From a bacterium (GTDB lineage Bacteria > Patescibacteriota > Minisyncoccia > UBA6257 > Colwellbacteraceae), in contig JAKPNH010000008.1 in the NCBI GenBank assembly GCA_029548485.1, positions 1,563 to 65,562 on the forward strand: a stretch of 64,000 nt of DNA, given 5' to 3'. Below are positions 27,537-36,383 of the stretch, piece after piece. The notes under the pieces were generated by a model. That model ran no database searches, was not told where the DNA came from, and saw only the letters and a list, made by a program, of their open reading frames with translations. A program made the position numbers and the translations under genes. Numbering within the stretch: position 1 is the stretch's first letter; each line of letters starts with the position of its first letter.

Positions 27537-28229
27537 TTAATTGTTTTTATTTTTCAAACGATAAACGTCCCGACGCAAACCGTAGGCGACTCGGATAAGC
27601 GGACCGAGATTGCCTCGGAAATTATTCAAAGAAGACGCTTCTCCTACGATTCCACCCGTATCCACGGTCTTGATTTTGAAACCGGCCTGTCCGGCGACGA
27701 CCACTGGCTCCCAGACAGCTCCAGGTCCGGGAAGCCTGATCTTCGGAAAAACCTGCGTTCCGCATCCGCGGCGGAATCCGGCGATTCCGGAAAACAGATC
27801 CCCGTGCTTGATTTCCAAAAGCGATTCCGCCAACCGGTTCCTGTTCTTGGCGCCCTGGGGAATGAAAACGTCGAAAATCCGCGCCTTGTCGGCCGTAAAC
27901 GCCGAGGACATCCGGGAAAGGGTTTCTCCGATTTTGGCCGCCCTGGGATCGACAACCACGAGCGACTCCCCGGCAGACGCCTCGACGGCCGCCTGTAAAG
28001 CTTTTCCGCGGTGCCCGACCGTTCCCCCGGAAACCAAATCCAAGTTCCTGACAAGCGCTGAAAAACGGCGGACTATGTCCGCCGTCTGGTCGGCCGACTT
28101 GGCGTCGGCCACGATGATTTCGTATTCGAATCCGGATTCCCGCAAGAATTTGTCCGCGCCTATAAGAGCTAGCGGCAATGATTTGCCGCTCTCATAAGTC
28201 GGAATGATGACGGAGAAGAGTGGCTTCAT
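27537..28229 (-). CDS. Glycosyltransferase family 2-like protein (degenerate motifs)
   Basis: SVIIP.YE, EIIV.D..S.D.T and GK..A motifs; DxD not intact. Confidence 0.65.
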   Translation of the reverse strand: MKPLFSVIIPTYESGKSLPLALIGADKFLRESGFEYEIIVADAKSADQTADIVRRFSALVRNLDLVSGGTVGHRGKALQAAVEASAGESLVVVDPRAAKIGETLSRMSSAFTADKARIFDVFIPQGAKNRNRLAESLLEIKHGDLFSGIAGFRRGCGTQVFPKIRLPGPGAVWEPVVVAGQAGFKIKTVDTGGIVGEASSLNNFRGNLGPLIRVAYGLRRDVYRLKNKNN

Positions 28230-28239
28230 TTTGTAGGAT

Positions 28240-28647
28240 TTAGCGTTTGGCCCACTGCGGAGCGCGCCTGGCTTTTTTCAGGCCGTATTTCTTCCTTTCA
28301 ACCATGCGCGGATCCCTTGTCAAAAGCCCGGCGGCTTTGAGGGTCGGCCGATGGCCTGGATCCATCTTGATGAACGCCCGGGCGATCCCCAAGGAAACGG
28401 CTCCGGCCTGGCTCGGCAATCCGCTTCCGGAGGCTTTGGCGCTCACGCCGATTTTTTCCGCGGCAATCAATTTGAGCGGAGCGTAGGCGTTGACGCGGTC
28501 GCGGTCGGTCTTGAAATACTTTTTATAATCCAAACCGTTCACCGTAAGGCCCGTTTCTCCCGAAACGATCCTGACGCGGGCCACAGCCGTTTTCCTCCGG
28601 CCCACGGCCTCGAAATATTTCCCTTCTTTTTTGCTTTCTTTTGCCAT
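28240..28647 (-). CDS. rpsI: 30S ribosomal protein S9
   Basis: GRRKTAVARV and LTRDPR.VERKKYG.KKARRAPQ..KR. Confidence 0.97.
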   Translation of the reverse strand: MAKESKKEGKYFEAVGRRKTAVARVRIVSGETGLTVNGLDYKKYFKTDRDRVNAYAPLKLIAAEKIGVSAKASGSGLPSQAGAVSLGIARAFIKMDPGHRPTLKAAGLLTRDPRMVERKKYGLKKARRAPQWAKR

Positions 28648-28649
28648 TG

Positions 28650-28991
28650 TTATTTTTCTATAACGAGCCTTTTCAACCTTTTCGCCTGCAGGGAATTCTT
28701 GGGCAGCATGCCTTGAACCGCGTGCCTCAAAGCCCAGGCCGGATCTTTCGCCTCGGCCTGCTTGTAGCTCTTGGTTTTCAAATGGCCCATGTATCCCGTA
28801 TGGCGGTGATAAACTTTCTGTTCGCTTTTCCTTCCGGAGAGCTTGATTTCGCCGATATTTTTGACGATCACTTTGTCTTCCCCTTCCAAACGGGGATTGT
28901 ATCCGGCTTTGTGCTTTCCCTGAAGGATGTTGGCGATTTTCGTCGCCAAGCGGCCCATATTCTGATTTTTGGCGTCGATTACGTGTTCCAT
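28650..28991 (-). CDS. rplM: 50S ribosomal protein L13 (short)
   Basis: IDA....GRLAT..A..L.GKHK, Y.RHTGY.G and AV.GMLPKN. Confidence 0.95.
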   Translation of the reverse strand: MEHVIDAKNQNMGRLATKIANILQGKHKAGYNPRLEGEDKVIVKNIGEIKLSGRKSEQKVYHRHTGYMGHLKTKSYKQAEAKDPAWALRHAVQGMLPKNSLQAKRLKRLVIEK

Positions 28992-28992
28992 A

Positions 28993-29343
28993 TTAGACGA
29001 ATTTTATTTCCACCCAAGGCGCACCGTCCCTTTTGCGGCTGGTTCCCAATTTCACGATCCGCAGATAGCCTCCTTTCCTTTCTTGGTATTTCGGCGCGAT
29101 CTCGTGGTAAATCTTCATGGCCGCTTTCTTGTCCAAGCGCTTGAGAAGCAAACGGAGAGAAGCCAAGTCCTGCTTTTTCGCCAAAGTGACGAGCTTTTCC
29201 GCCAGGGGTTTGATTTCTTTGGCTCTCGCTTCGGTCGTTTTGATGGATTCGCGAATAATCAGGTTATTCAGCAATCCTTTTATGAATTGCCGGCGGTCGC
29301 CGGTTTTCCTTCCAAATTTTCTTCCTTTCTTGCCGTGATGCAT
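28993..29343 (-). CDS. rplQ: 50S ribosomal protein L17
   Basis: I.TT.ARAKE, R.GGY.RI.K and R..DGA motifs. Confidence 0.96.
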   Translation of the reverse strand: MHHGKKGRKFGRKTGDRRQFIKGLLNNLIIRESIKTTEARAKEIKPLAEKLVTLAKKQDLASLRLLLKRLDKKAAMKIYHEIAPKYQERKGGYLRIVKLGTSRKRDGAPWVEIKFV

Positions 29344-29345
29344 GA

Positions 29346-30110
29346 TTATTCTTCTTTTTTCTCGCGAGCCGGCGATTTCTTTTTCCCGGATTTTCCGGTC
29401 TCGGCGGACAATTCCCTGACGCTTATTTCCGAAATCTTCTTGAAATGATCGAGTAGGATATTTCCGGCTTTGTGAAGGGCGTCGGAAGGAGTGATCGTTC
29501 CGTCGGTCACGATCTCGAGATCGAGCTTGTTGTAGTCGGTGCGGTCGCCGACGCGCATATTGTCAACTTTGAAGCTCACCGCCTGCACCGGCGTGAAAAT
29601 GGCGTCCAAGGCGACGACTCCGATTTCCAATTTTTCCGTTTTTCTCCGCTCCACCGGGACGTATCCCAATCCCTTGTCGACGGTGATCTCCATTTCGACG
29701 TCGGCCTTCTTGTCGGTGACGGTAAAAAGATGCTCTTCGGGATTCATCACCACCACCTGGGTATTCGCTTCGATGTCTCCGGCGACGACGTCTTTCTCGC
29801 CTTTGATTTTCAAGGTCAGCACCTGGGGTTCTTCGGCGAAAAACTGGAACCTGATTTTCTTCAGATTCAGCCCGATCTCCACCACGTCCTCCACCACCCC
29901 GGGGATGGTCGAGAACTCGTGCAAAACCCCTTTAACCTTGAATTGGGTGACGGCCGCTCCGGGTAATGACGACAAAAGCACCCTTCGGAGGCTGTTCCCT
30001 AAAGTCAGGCCGTAACCCGGATAAAGGCCCTCCACACTGAACTTTCCGATCTTATTGTCTTCGGAAATGGTTTTTATATTGACTGTTTCGCTTAAAAGAG
30101 CGTATTTCAT
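29346..30110 (-). CDS. rpoA: RNA polymerase alpha subunit (NTD only, 254 aa)
   Basis: GYG.TLGNSLRR.LLSS, HEFS.I.GV.ED, DAIFTPV and RVG.RTDY.KL; ends in a short basic tail. Confidence 0.95.
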   Translation of the reverse strand: MKYALLSETVNIKTISEDNKIGKFSVEGLYPGYGLTLGNSLRRVLLSSLPGAAVTQFKVKGVLHEFSTIPGVVEDVVEIGLNLKKIRFQFFAEEPQVLTLKIKGEKDVVAGDIEANTQVVVMNPEEHLFTVTDKKADVEMEITVDKGLGYVPVERRKTEKLEIGVVALDAIFTPVQAVSFKVDNMRVGDRTDYNKLDLEIVTDGTITPSDALHKAGNILLDHFKKISEISVRELSAETGKSGKKKSPAREKKEE

Positions 30111-30113
30111 TTT

Positions 30114-30728
30114 TTATTTTGAATAAAAGTTTACGACCAATTCCAAGTCGAAAGGCAGATCGACGTCTTTCGGTTCGGAAACCATTTCGCCGATCATTTT
30201 TTCCTTGTCCAATTTCAGCCAGGTCGGCGCCTCGTACTGCTTCAAGCGGACTTCGGCCGCTTTGGCCACCGGATGGTCAGCCGACTCCTTGCGGAAAGCG
30301 ATCTTGTCTCCGGGCCGCACGCGCATCGAAGGAATGGTCGATTTCCGGCCGTTCACCGTGATGTGCCCGTGGCTCACAAGCTGGTTCGCCATTCTCCGGG
30401 AAGGCGCGAATCCGAGTTGAAAAACGACGTTATCCAACCGGCTTTCCAGTATCTTCACCAAAGCGACGTCGGTCGGCTCTTTGCTCTGCTCGCTTTTCAA
30501 GAAAGCTTTTTTCATTTCGGCTTCGGTCAAGCCGTAGGTGAAGCGGACTTTTTGCTTCTCCGCCATCTGCTTGCCGTATTCGCTCTGGCGCCTTCGGCCT
30601 TTGCCGTGAGCCCCCGGAGCATAAGGTTTTTTCACTTCGGCGCATTTCGCCGACAAGCAACGCTCGGCTTTCAAAAAAAGCTTCGCTCCCAACCTTCTTT
30701 CTGTTTTTTCCAAAATTCTTCTGGACAT
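30114..30728 (-). CDS. rpsD: 30S ribosomal protein S4
   Basis: SEYG.Q..EKQK, LESRLDNVV, QLVSHGH..VNG and V..FYSK. Confidence 0.96.
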   Translation of the reverse strand: MSRRILEKTERRLGAKLFLKAERCLSAKCAEVKKPYAPGAHGKGRRRQSEYGKQMAEKQKVRFTYGLTEAEMKKAFLKSEQSKEPTDVALVKILESRLDNVVFQLGFAPSRRMANQLVSHGHITVNGRKSTIPSMRVRPGDKIAFRKESADHPVAKAAEVRLKQYEAPTWLKLDKEKMIGEMVSEPKDVDLPFDLELVVNFYSK

Positions 30729-30737
30729 TTTTTTGAA

Positions 30738-31175
30738 TTAAACTCTTCTCGGTTTTTTCGGACGCGGACCGTTGTGCGGCACCGGCGTGACGTCTTTGAT
30801 CGACATGATATTGAAGCCGTGGTTCACGAGCGATCTGATGGCCGAGTCCCGACCCACGGAAACGCCGGAGACGACGACGTCGACGTTGAAAGGCCCGGTT
30901 TTGGCGATCTTCTCGGCGATGGCGGCGATGATCTTCTGGGCGGCGAAAGGCGTCGCCTTCTTGGGTCCGGCGAAACCCAAAGATCCGGCCGAAGCCCAGG
31001 TGACGACGTTGCCGCGGTTATCCGTCACGGTAACGATGGTGTTGTTGAAAGACACCTTGATGTAAATCTTGCCGGAGTCGACGCTCTTCGAAGATTTCTT
31101 GGAAGCCGCCTTAGCCTGCTTTTCTTCTCCTTCGGCGATATTTTCTTGTTTCGAAACTACTTTCTTTTTTCCCAT
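30738..31175 (-). CDS. rpsK: 30S ribosomal protein S11
   Basis: SFNNTIVT.TD, K.TPFAA and DVTP.PHNG.RP.K.RRV. Confidence 0.97.
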   Translation of the reverse strand: MGKKKVVSKQENIAEGEEKQAKAASKKSSKSVDSGKIYIKVSFNNTIVTVTDNRGNVVTWASAGSLGFAGPKKATPFAAQKIIAAIAEKIAKTGPFNVDVVVSGVSVGRDSAIRSLVNHGFNIMSIKDVTPVPHNGPRPKKPRRV

Positions 31176-31182
31176 GGCGATA

Positions 31183-31566
31183 TTACTTGAGTTCCACTTT
31201 TCTCTTGCCGCTGATGGCGGTTTTTCTCACGTTCCCGCGGACCGTCCGGGAATTGGTTTTGGTGCGCTGTCCGCGAACGGGCAACTTCCTCGCGTGCCTT
31301 GTTCCGCGGTAGCACTGGATTTCTTTCAAGCGCCCGACGTTCTGGCGGACGATCTGCCTCAATTCCCCTTCGATCTTGCAGTTCTTCTCGATGAAATCCT
31401 TGAGAAGGCTCACCTCTCCCTGGTCCAGGCTTTTGGCTCTTTTGTTTGGATCGATCTTGGTTTCCGCAAGAATCCTTTTGGAGACCGCCGGTCCGATTCC
31501 GTAAATATAAGTAAGCGCCACCTCGATGCGCTTTTCGTCCGGAATATTTATGCCTATCAACCTCAT
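31183..31566 (-). CDS. rpsM: 30S ribosomal protein S13
   Basis: ALTYIYGIG, EGELR and YRG.RH...LPVRGQRT.TN.RT. Confidence 0.97.
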   Translation of the reverse strand: MRLIGINIPDEKRIEVALTYIYGIGPAVSKRILAETKIDPNKRAKSLDQGEVSLLKDFIEKNCKIEGELRQIVRQNVGRLKEIQCYRGTRHARKLPVRGQRTKTNSRTVRGNVRKTAISGKRKVELK

Positions 31567-31570
31567 TTAA

Positions 31571-31687
31571 CTATCCTTGTCTTTGCTTGTGTTTCGGGGT
31601 TTTGTCGCAAACCACATAAATCCGCCCTCGGCGGCGGACAATCTTGCAATCCTTACAAATTTTTTTGACCGATGGTCTGACTTTCAT
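31571..31687 (-). CDS. rpmJ: 50S ribosomal protein L36
   Basis: Manual translation [38 protein letters not shown]. Confidence 0.97.
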   Translation of the reverse strand: MKVRPSVKKICKDCKIVRRRGRIYVVCDKTPKHKQRQG

Positions 31688-31722
31688 GCCGATGATCTTA
31701 ACCCTGTATGGAGCGCGGATTT

Positions 31723-31920
31723 TTAAAGCCTCCTCGTCACGCGCCCTCTTTTGTCGTCGTAAGGAGACAATTCCACCGTCACTTTGTCGCCGGGCAAAAC
31801 TTTGATGTGATTCTGCCTCATGCGGCCAGATAGATACGCGAGGACCTCTTTTCCGCTTTCCAACTCGACCCGAAAGTTCGCCGCCGGAAGAGCTTCGAGA
31901 ACGACTCCTTTTTCTATCAT
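31723..31920 (-). CDS. infA: Translation initiation factor IF-1
   Basis: G.V.EALP...F.V.L, SG.MR...I.VLPGD.V.VELSPYD..RGR. Start trimmed relative to the ORF track. Confidence 0.95.
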   Translation of the reverse strand: MIEKGVVLEALPAANFRVELESGKEVLAYLSGRMRQNHIKVLPGDKVTVELSPYDDKRGRVTRRL

Positions 31921-31970
31921 GTGCATGGATTCTACCACAAGGGACCGCTTGGAGTCAATATCCGAGCCCC

Positions 31971-33590
31971 TTATTCGAGCGTCAAGCCGATCCGGCTTAT
32001 GTCGGCCGGGATGCTTCTCACCCAGAAAGGCCAGAGGGTGACGACCGCCGACTGGATCTCCTCGTCTCCGGCGACATGGAGGCTGAAATCTTCTTCGGAT
32101 TTTCCGGCCACGGCCGACTTGAATCCTTCGGCGTCGAAAGCCCTTGACCATTCCGAAACGATGGTTACGGGGATGATCGCCTTGCCCGTATCGAAGTTGA
32201 CGCTCGCTTCGCCGTAATCTATTTCGTAGCTTTTCATCTCGTAATCCTCGCCCGGACCGCTTGTTTCCAGCTTTTCCTCGGCCACTTTGCGGACGCTCGC
32301 CTCGTCGAAAGCCATGATTTTGGTTTCGGCGGCGAGCATCAATTTGAAGTTCCCTTTTTCGTCGACGTCTTCGATCACCTCTTCCTTGACGATGGCGTAT
32401 GAGGTCGCTCCTTCGATAGCCCGGAGAGTTTCGGGAACGGTGATGTCTTCGGCCGCCTTGACCATGGCTAACAACTCTTGCCTGGACTTTTCTTTGAGGC
32501 TCGCGATGTCCGCTTCCGTGGGCACTTTGACGTCGCCCACGAATCCGCCGGACATGGCTTCTTTGGATTCCCCGTAAAATCCGTTGAACTTTGGCGTGCC
32601 TTCGAATCCGGGTATGCGCCAGCTTTGTCCGGCCGGAAGATTGTAATCGCTCCCCGGTTTTTCCGCCGTCACCTTGACGTCGATCGCGGAGGCCACTATT
32701 TTTCCTTCGCTGATCGCCGCCCCGGGAATGGTGATCGCCTCGGTTGTTTTGAAAACCTTCCCGCCGGTGGTGATGAAGCGCGTTCCCTTGACGATCGACT
32801 GCTTGCTCGAGCTGTAGGCGTTGTAAACCGTAATGATGCCTTCGGCGCTCTGCTCAACTTTTTTGGTGCCGCTCGCCGGAGCGCTGAAAACGTTGTTTTT
32901 ATCGATGGAGAACACTTGGCCGGGAATGGTGAATCCGGTTTCGGCGCTCGCCTTGATCGAAGCGGTGATGGCGATCGGCGTTTCCCAGCGCGTTTTCGCG
33001 AGCGTCAAACGCGCCTCCGCCTTCGGCAGGAGGAAAACGGCGGCGTAAGCCAATGCTCCGGCCAAAAGGATTCCTCCGGACGAAAAAACGACTATCTTCA
33101 ATCTTCTCGATTTCCGCGGCCGATCCTCGGGCGCGGGTCTCGGCCTAGGCGGTTCAGGGCTGTATTCGCGGATTATCGGTTCGGTTTCCGGAAATTTCTC
33201 TTCTTCCGGATGAATCGGCGCGGTTTCTTCCCGGGGAACGCGCACCGGCCGCGGCTTTACGCGGGCGGAAACCGGAATGATGTCGGCCACGGCCCGTTTC
33301 ACTTTCTTAAAAACGGGGTTGATCACCTGGAAACCCGAAGCCAAAGCGAGATCGACGATGTCTTCGTCGCTTGACTCGACGATCACCTGCTTTCCCATGG
33401 CCGAAGCCTCGCGGAAAATCAGATAAAAATTGTTTCCGTTCTCTCCGAGCAAGGAATATCTCGGAACGGCCAAAATAACCTTGGACTCGCGGCTGTTCAA
33501 GATCTTTTGGATGACCGCGGCCGCGGAATCGGTTTTTTTGAGGTATATTTTTTTGTTTTCGGGTTTTTCCATCAGCTTATGTTGAGCCAT
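31971..33590 (-). CDS. Conserved CPR-type membrane protein with baseplate J/gp47-like extracellular region
   Basis: Cytoplasmic N-domain, Pro-rich linker, one TM helix, then AEG.ITVYN...GTRF.T..G.VF...V.A..PG..YN...I.G and C-terminal PFW...IP....I. Confidence 0.6.
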   Translation of the reverse strand: MAQHKLMEKPENKKIYLKKTDSAAAVIQKILNSRESKVILAVPRYSLLGENGNNFYLIFREASAMGKQVIVESSDEDIVDLALASGFQVINPVFKKVKRAVADIIPVSARVKPRPVRVPREETAPIHPEEEKFPETEPIIREYSPEPPRPRPAPEDRPRKSRRLKIVVFSSGGILLAGALAYAAVFLLPKAEARLTLAKTRWETPIAITASIKASAETGFTIPGQVFSIDKNNVFSAPASGTKKVEQSAEGIITVYNAYSSSKQSIVKGTRFITTGGKVFKTTEAITIPGAAISEGKIVASAIDVKVTAEKPGSDYNLPAGQSWRIPGFEGTPKFNGFYGESKEAMSGGFVGDVKVPTEADIASLKEKSRQELLAMVKAAEDITVPETLRAIEGATSYAIVKEEVIEDVDEKGNFKLMLAAETKIMAFDEASVRKVAEEKLETSGPGEDYEMKSYEIDYGEASVNFDTGKAIIPVTIVSEWSRAFDAEGFKSAVAGKSEEDFSLHVAGDEEIQSAVVTLWPFWVRSIPADISRIGLTLE

Positions 33591-34510
33591 TTGATGCGCT
33601 GCTTGGCGAAACGGTTGAAATTCTTATTCGAAGAAAACTGGACGAATTCGCGCTTCAGGATGTCTCCGGGATTTTCCCAGGACAAAAAAGAAAACTTGGC
33701 TCCGCCGCCGAAAGTAAAGGGCTTGGCCGAAGCGGCTATCTGATCGCACATCACGAACACCACGGGCTTTACCATTTTAGCATTATGGATCGCCGCTGAC
33801 ACGCCTTTTTCGAAAACGGAAAAATGCTTGTTGAAAACGAACCTGAATTTCTTCAGGAAATCGGCCGAGGCGTCGTTTTGGAGATAGCGGTTCAAAACCG
33901 GCGCCACCGCCTCCTTGGGGATCATCAAGTCGTCGTGGAAGGACTGCAAAAGATTGTCCAAGCCCCACTCGAAATCTCCGGCCGGACGGATGTCTCCGTT
34001 TTCCTTGGCCGCGCAAACGTGGGTTTTGTCCCTCAAGACGTTAACGAAGACGAAATTCCTGGAACGGTTCTCCTCCCGGAGCAAATGAGCCTTGACCGCG
34101 GTCGGCTCGCTTATGAAGATTATTTCCCCGTTTTTGGGCAGCCCTTGTCGGATTTTTTGGAACGTCTCGCGGCTCGCCAGAGTTTCGGCCACCCCGACCT
34201 CGATTTTCTTGGCCGGGAAGCCAATCGGATTCAAAACTTTCGAGCCGTCCACTCTCGCCGCGACGATACGGGCGTCGATCAGAAGGACGTCGATCTCCGC
34301 CACGCCGAGTTTGAAGCTCGCCGGAGTCCGTTCCCTGTCGAATACTTTCCAAATCGCCTGGGAGACCGTGTTTGACAATTCCGCTTCGTCGATTTCTTCG
34401 CGCGGACGATCGCGTTCTTCAATGATCCTCGTGTAGACCGTGAGGCTCTGTGAAGCGGGCGCGATGACGATATACTTTCCGTCGGCTATCTCCAAGAATT
34501 CAGTCTCCAC
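33572..34510 (-). CDS. FtsA/actin-fold-like protein, N-terminally reduced
   Basis: VDG.KV.NPIG...K, I.EP.A and strand/F.WG pattern of CPR FtsA paralogs; GTG start at 34510 lies 6 nt after TATAAT. Confidence 0.5.
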   Translation of the reverse strand: METEFLEIADGKYIVIAPASQSLTVYTRIIEERDRPREEIDEAELSNTVSQAIWKVFDRERTPASFKLGVAEIDVLLIDARIVAARVDGSKVLNPIGFPAKKIEVGVAETLASRETFQKIRQGLPKNGEIIFISEPTAVKAHLLREENRSRNFVFVNVLRDKTHVCAAKENGDIRPAGDFEWGLDNLLQSFHDDLMIPKEAVAPVLNRYLQNDASADFLKKFRFVFNKHFSVFEKGVSAAIHNAKMVKPVVFVMCDQIAASAKPFTFGGGAKFSFLSWENPGDILKREFVQFSSNKNFNRFAKQRIKWLNIS

Positions 34511-34517
34511 GACTGAA

Positions 34518-36368
34518 TTATAAGATAACCGCTCTGATGCGTCTAATTCCCGCGGCCGCGGATTCTTCTTTCTGAATCTTGAATTTTCCCAAAACTCCGG
34601 TATGGCCGACGTGCGGACCGCCACAAATCTCGCGACTGTAAGGAGAAATGTCGTAGACCTTCACCTTGTTTCCGTATTTGTCGTCGAAAACCCCCATGGC
34701 CCCGGATTTTTTCGCTTCTTCGTAATCTATTTCTTCGCAGACAACCGGCAAGTCCCTTTTGATGGCTTTGTTCACGAAATCTTCCACCTTTTCGATTTCT
34801 TCGTCGGTCATTTTCCCGTGGTGGGAGAAATCGAATCTCAATCTCTCGGCGGTGATGTTGCTTCCTTTCTGGACAACGTGTTCTCCCAAGACTTGCCGCA
34901 GTCCGGCCAAAAGTAAATGGGCGGCCGTATGAAGCTTAGTCGTTTCCTCGCTTTGGTCGGCCAAACCGCCTTTGAACATTCCGGCCGAAGCGGTCCGGGA
35001 AAGTTCTTGGTGCTCTTTCATTTTCCTTTCGAACCCCTCTTTGTCGACGGGGATGTTTTTTTCCTTGGCCAATTCTTCGACAATCTCTATCGGAAAACCG
35101 AACGTCTGGTAAAGATCGAAGGCTTCTTCTCCGGAGACGCCGTCCGACCGGTCGATTTTGGAAAACTCCTTGAGCCCTTTTTCCAAAGTCCTCGTGAATT
35201 TTTGCTCTTCTTTTTCGAGTTCGACGTTGACGAAATCTTTGTTTTCCTCGAGTTCGGGATAAACCCTCTCGTAAATACACCGGACAATGTCGCCGATTTT
35301 TACCATCCAGACCGGATCGGATATGCCGAGCTCGCGGCCGTAAACCGCGGCCCGCCTGATCAAGCGCCGGACAATATAACCCTGGTCTTTGTTCGAAGGG
35401 CCGATCCGAGCCGGCTCGGACATGATGAACACGGCCGCTTTCAGATGGTCGCTTACGATTTCGAAAGCCCGGCGGTTGTTTTCGTATTTTTTTCCGGACA
35501 ATTCCTCGATTTTCTCGATGATCGGAGAAAAAAGCTCGGACTCGAAAATGTTTCCGCGATTATTAGCCGCCATGGCGAGCCTTTCGAGGCCTCCGCCGAA
35601 ATCGACGTTTTTGTTTTGAAGCGACTCCCAGCCTTTTGCGGTTTTCTTGAACTGCATGAAAACCGAATTGCCTATTTCCAAAAAACGGCCGCAATCGCAG
35701 TTCAGATGGCAGTATTCGCCGAATTTCGGATCGTGGGATTTGCCGGTGTCGTAGAAAGTTTCCGAATCCGGTCCGCCCAATTCTCCCAAGGCATCTCCCC
35801 TTTGCCACCAGTTCTTGTCGCGGTAAGCGAAGATCCTCTGCCGACCGAAATCGATTTCTTGTCCCGGGCCAGCTTCCCCTTTCCCCATGGTCGCCGGGCC
35901 TTCTTCGGCTTCGATCCCGTATTTTTTGAAAATGTCTTTGACTATCCCGATGGCTTCGTCGTCTTTTCCGAGCCCGATCGCCGGATCTCCGGCGTAAACC
36001 GTTTGGTAAAGTTTCTTAGGATCGAGTCCGAGCTCCTCGATCAAAAACTCGTACCACCATTCGAGCTGCTCTTTCTTGAAATAGTCTCCCAAAGACCAGT
36101 TGCCGAGCATTTCGAAAAAAGTGTCGTGTCGGCTGTCTCCGATCGATTCGATGTCTTCGGCCCGGAAGCATTTCTGGGAATTGACGAGGCGTTTCCCCGC
36201 CGGATGGCGCTCGCCCGCAAGATAAGGCACGAGCGGGAACATGCCCGAGTTCGTAAAAAGCAAAGTGGGGTCGTTTTCCGGAATCAAGGAAGCCGAAGGA
36301 ATGACCGCGTGCCCCCGGGCCTTGAAAAACTTCAGGTATTTTTTCCGAATCTCGTTGGCTTGCGTCAT
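34518..36368 (-). CDS. alaS: Alanine--tRNA ligase (short form, no C-Ala domain)
   Basis: DPTLLFTNSGM, H.TFFEMLGNWS.GDYFK, GLERL, editing-site HTAAH and CGGPH; ends at GIRRIRA. Confidence 0.96.
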   Translation of the reverse strand: MTQANEIRKKYLKFFKARGHAVIPSASLIPENDPTLLFTNSGMFPLVPYLAGERHPAGKRLVNSQKCFRAEDIESIGDSRHDTFFEMLGNWSLGDYFKKEQLEWWYEFLIEELGLDPKKLYQTVYAGDPAIGLGKDDEAIGIVKDIFKKYGIEAEEGPATMGKGEAGPGQEIDFGRQRIFAYRDKNWWQRGDALGELGGPDSETFYDTGKSHDPKFGEYCHLNCDCGRFLEIGNSVFMQFKKTAKGWESLQNKNVDFGGGLERLAMAANNRGNIFESELFSPIIEKIEELSGKKYENNRRAFEIVSDHLKAAVFIMSEPARIGPSNKDQGYIVRRLIRRAAVYGRELGISDPVWMVKIGDIVRCIYERVYPELEENKDFVNVELEKEEQKFTRTLEKGLKEFSKIDRSDGVSGEEAFDLYQTFGFPIEIVEELAKEKNIPVDKEGFERKMKEHQELSRTASAGMFKGGLADQSEETTKLHTAAHLLLAGLRQVLGEHVVQKGSNITAERLRFDFSHHGKMTDEEIEKVEDFVNKAIKRDLPVVCEEIDYEEAKKSGAMGVFDDKYGNKVKVYDISPYSREICGGPHVGHTGVLGKFKIQKEESAAAGIRRIRAVIL

Positions 36369-36383
36369 CGATCGTTAAATTGG

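Noticed and set aside
31723-32151. 142-aa N-terminally extended IF-1; similar extensions for ddl (to 40558), the FtsA-like gene (to 34624) and the 49680 ORF (to 51140)
   Set aside because: The extensions overlap upstream genes; internal starts with -10 boxes or stop/start overlaps fit better.
31971-33590. Baseplate-J-like gene as evidence of a prophage or contractile injection system
   Set aside because: No sheath, tube, spike, terminase or capsid genes; it has a TM anchor and host-like composition.
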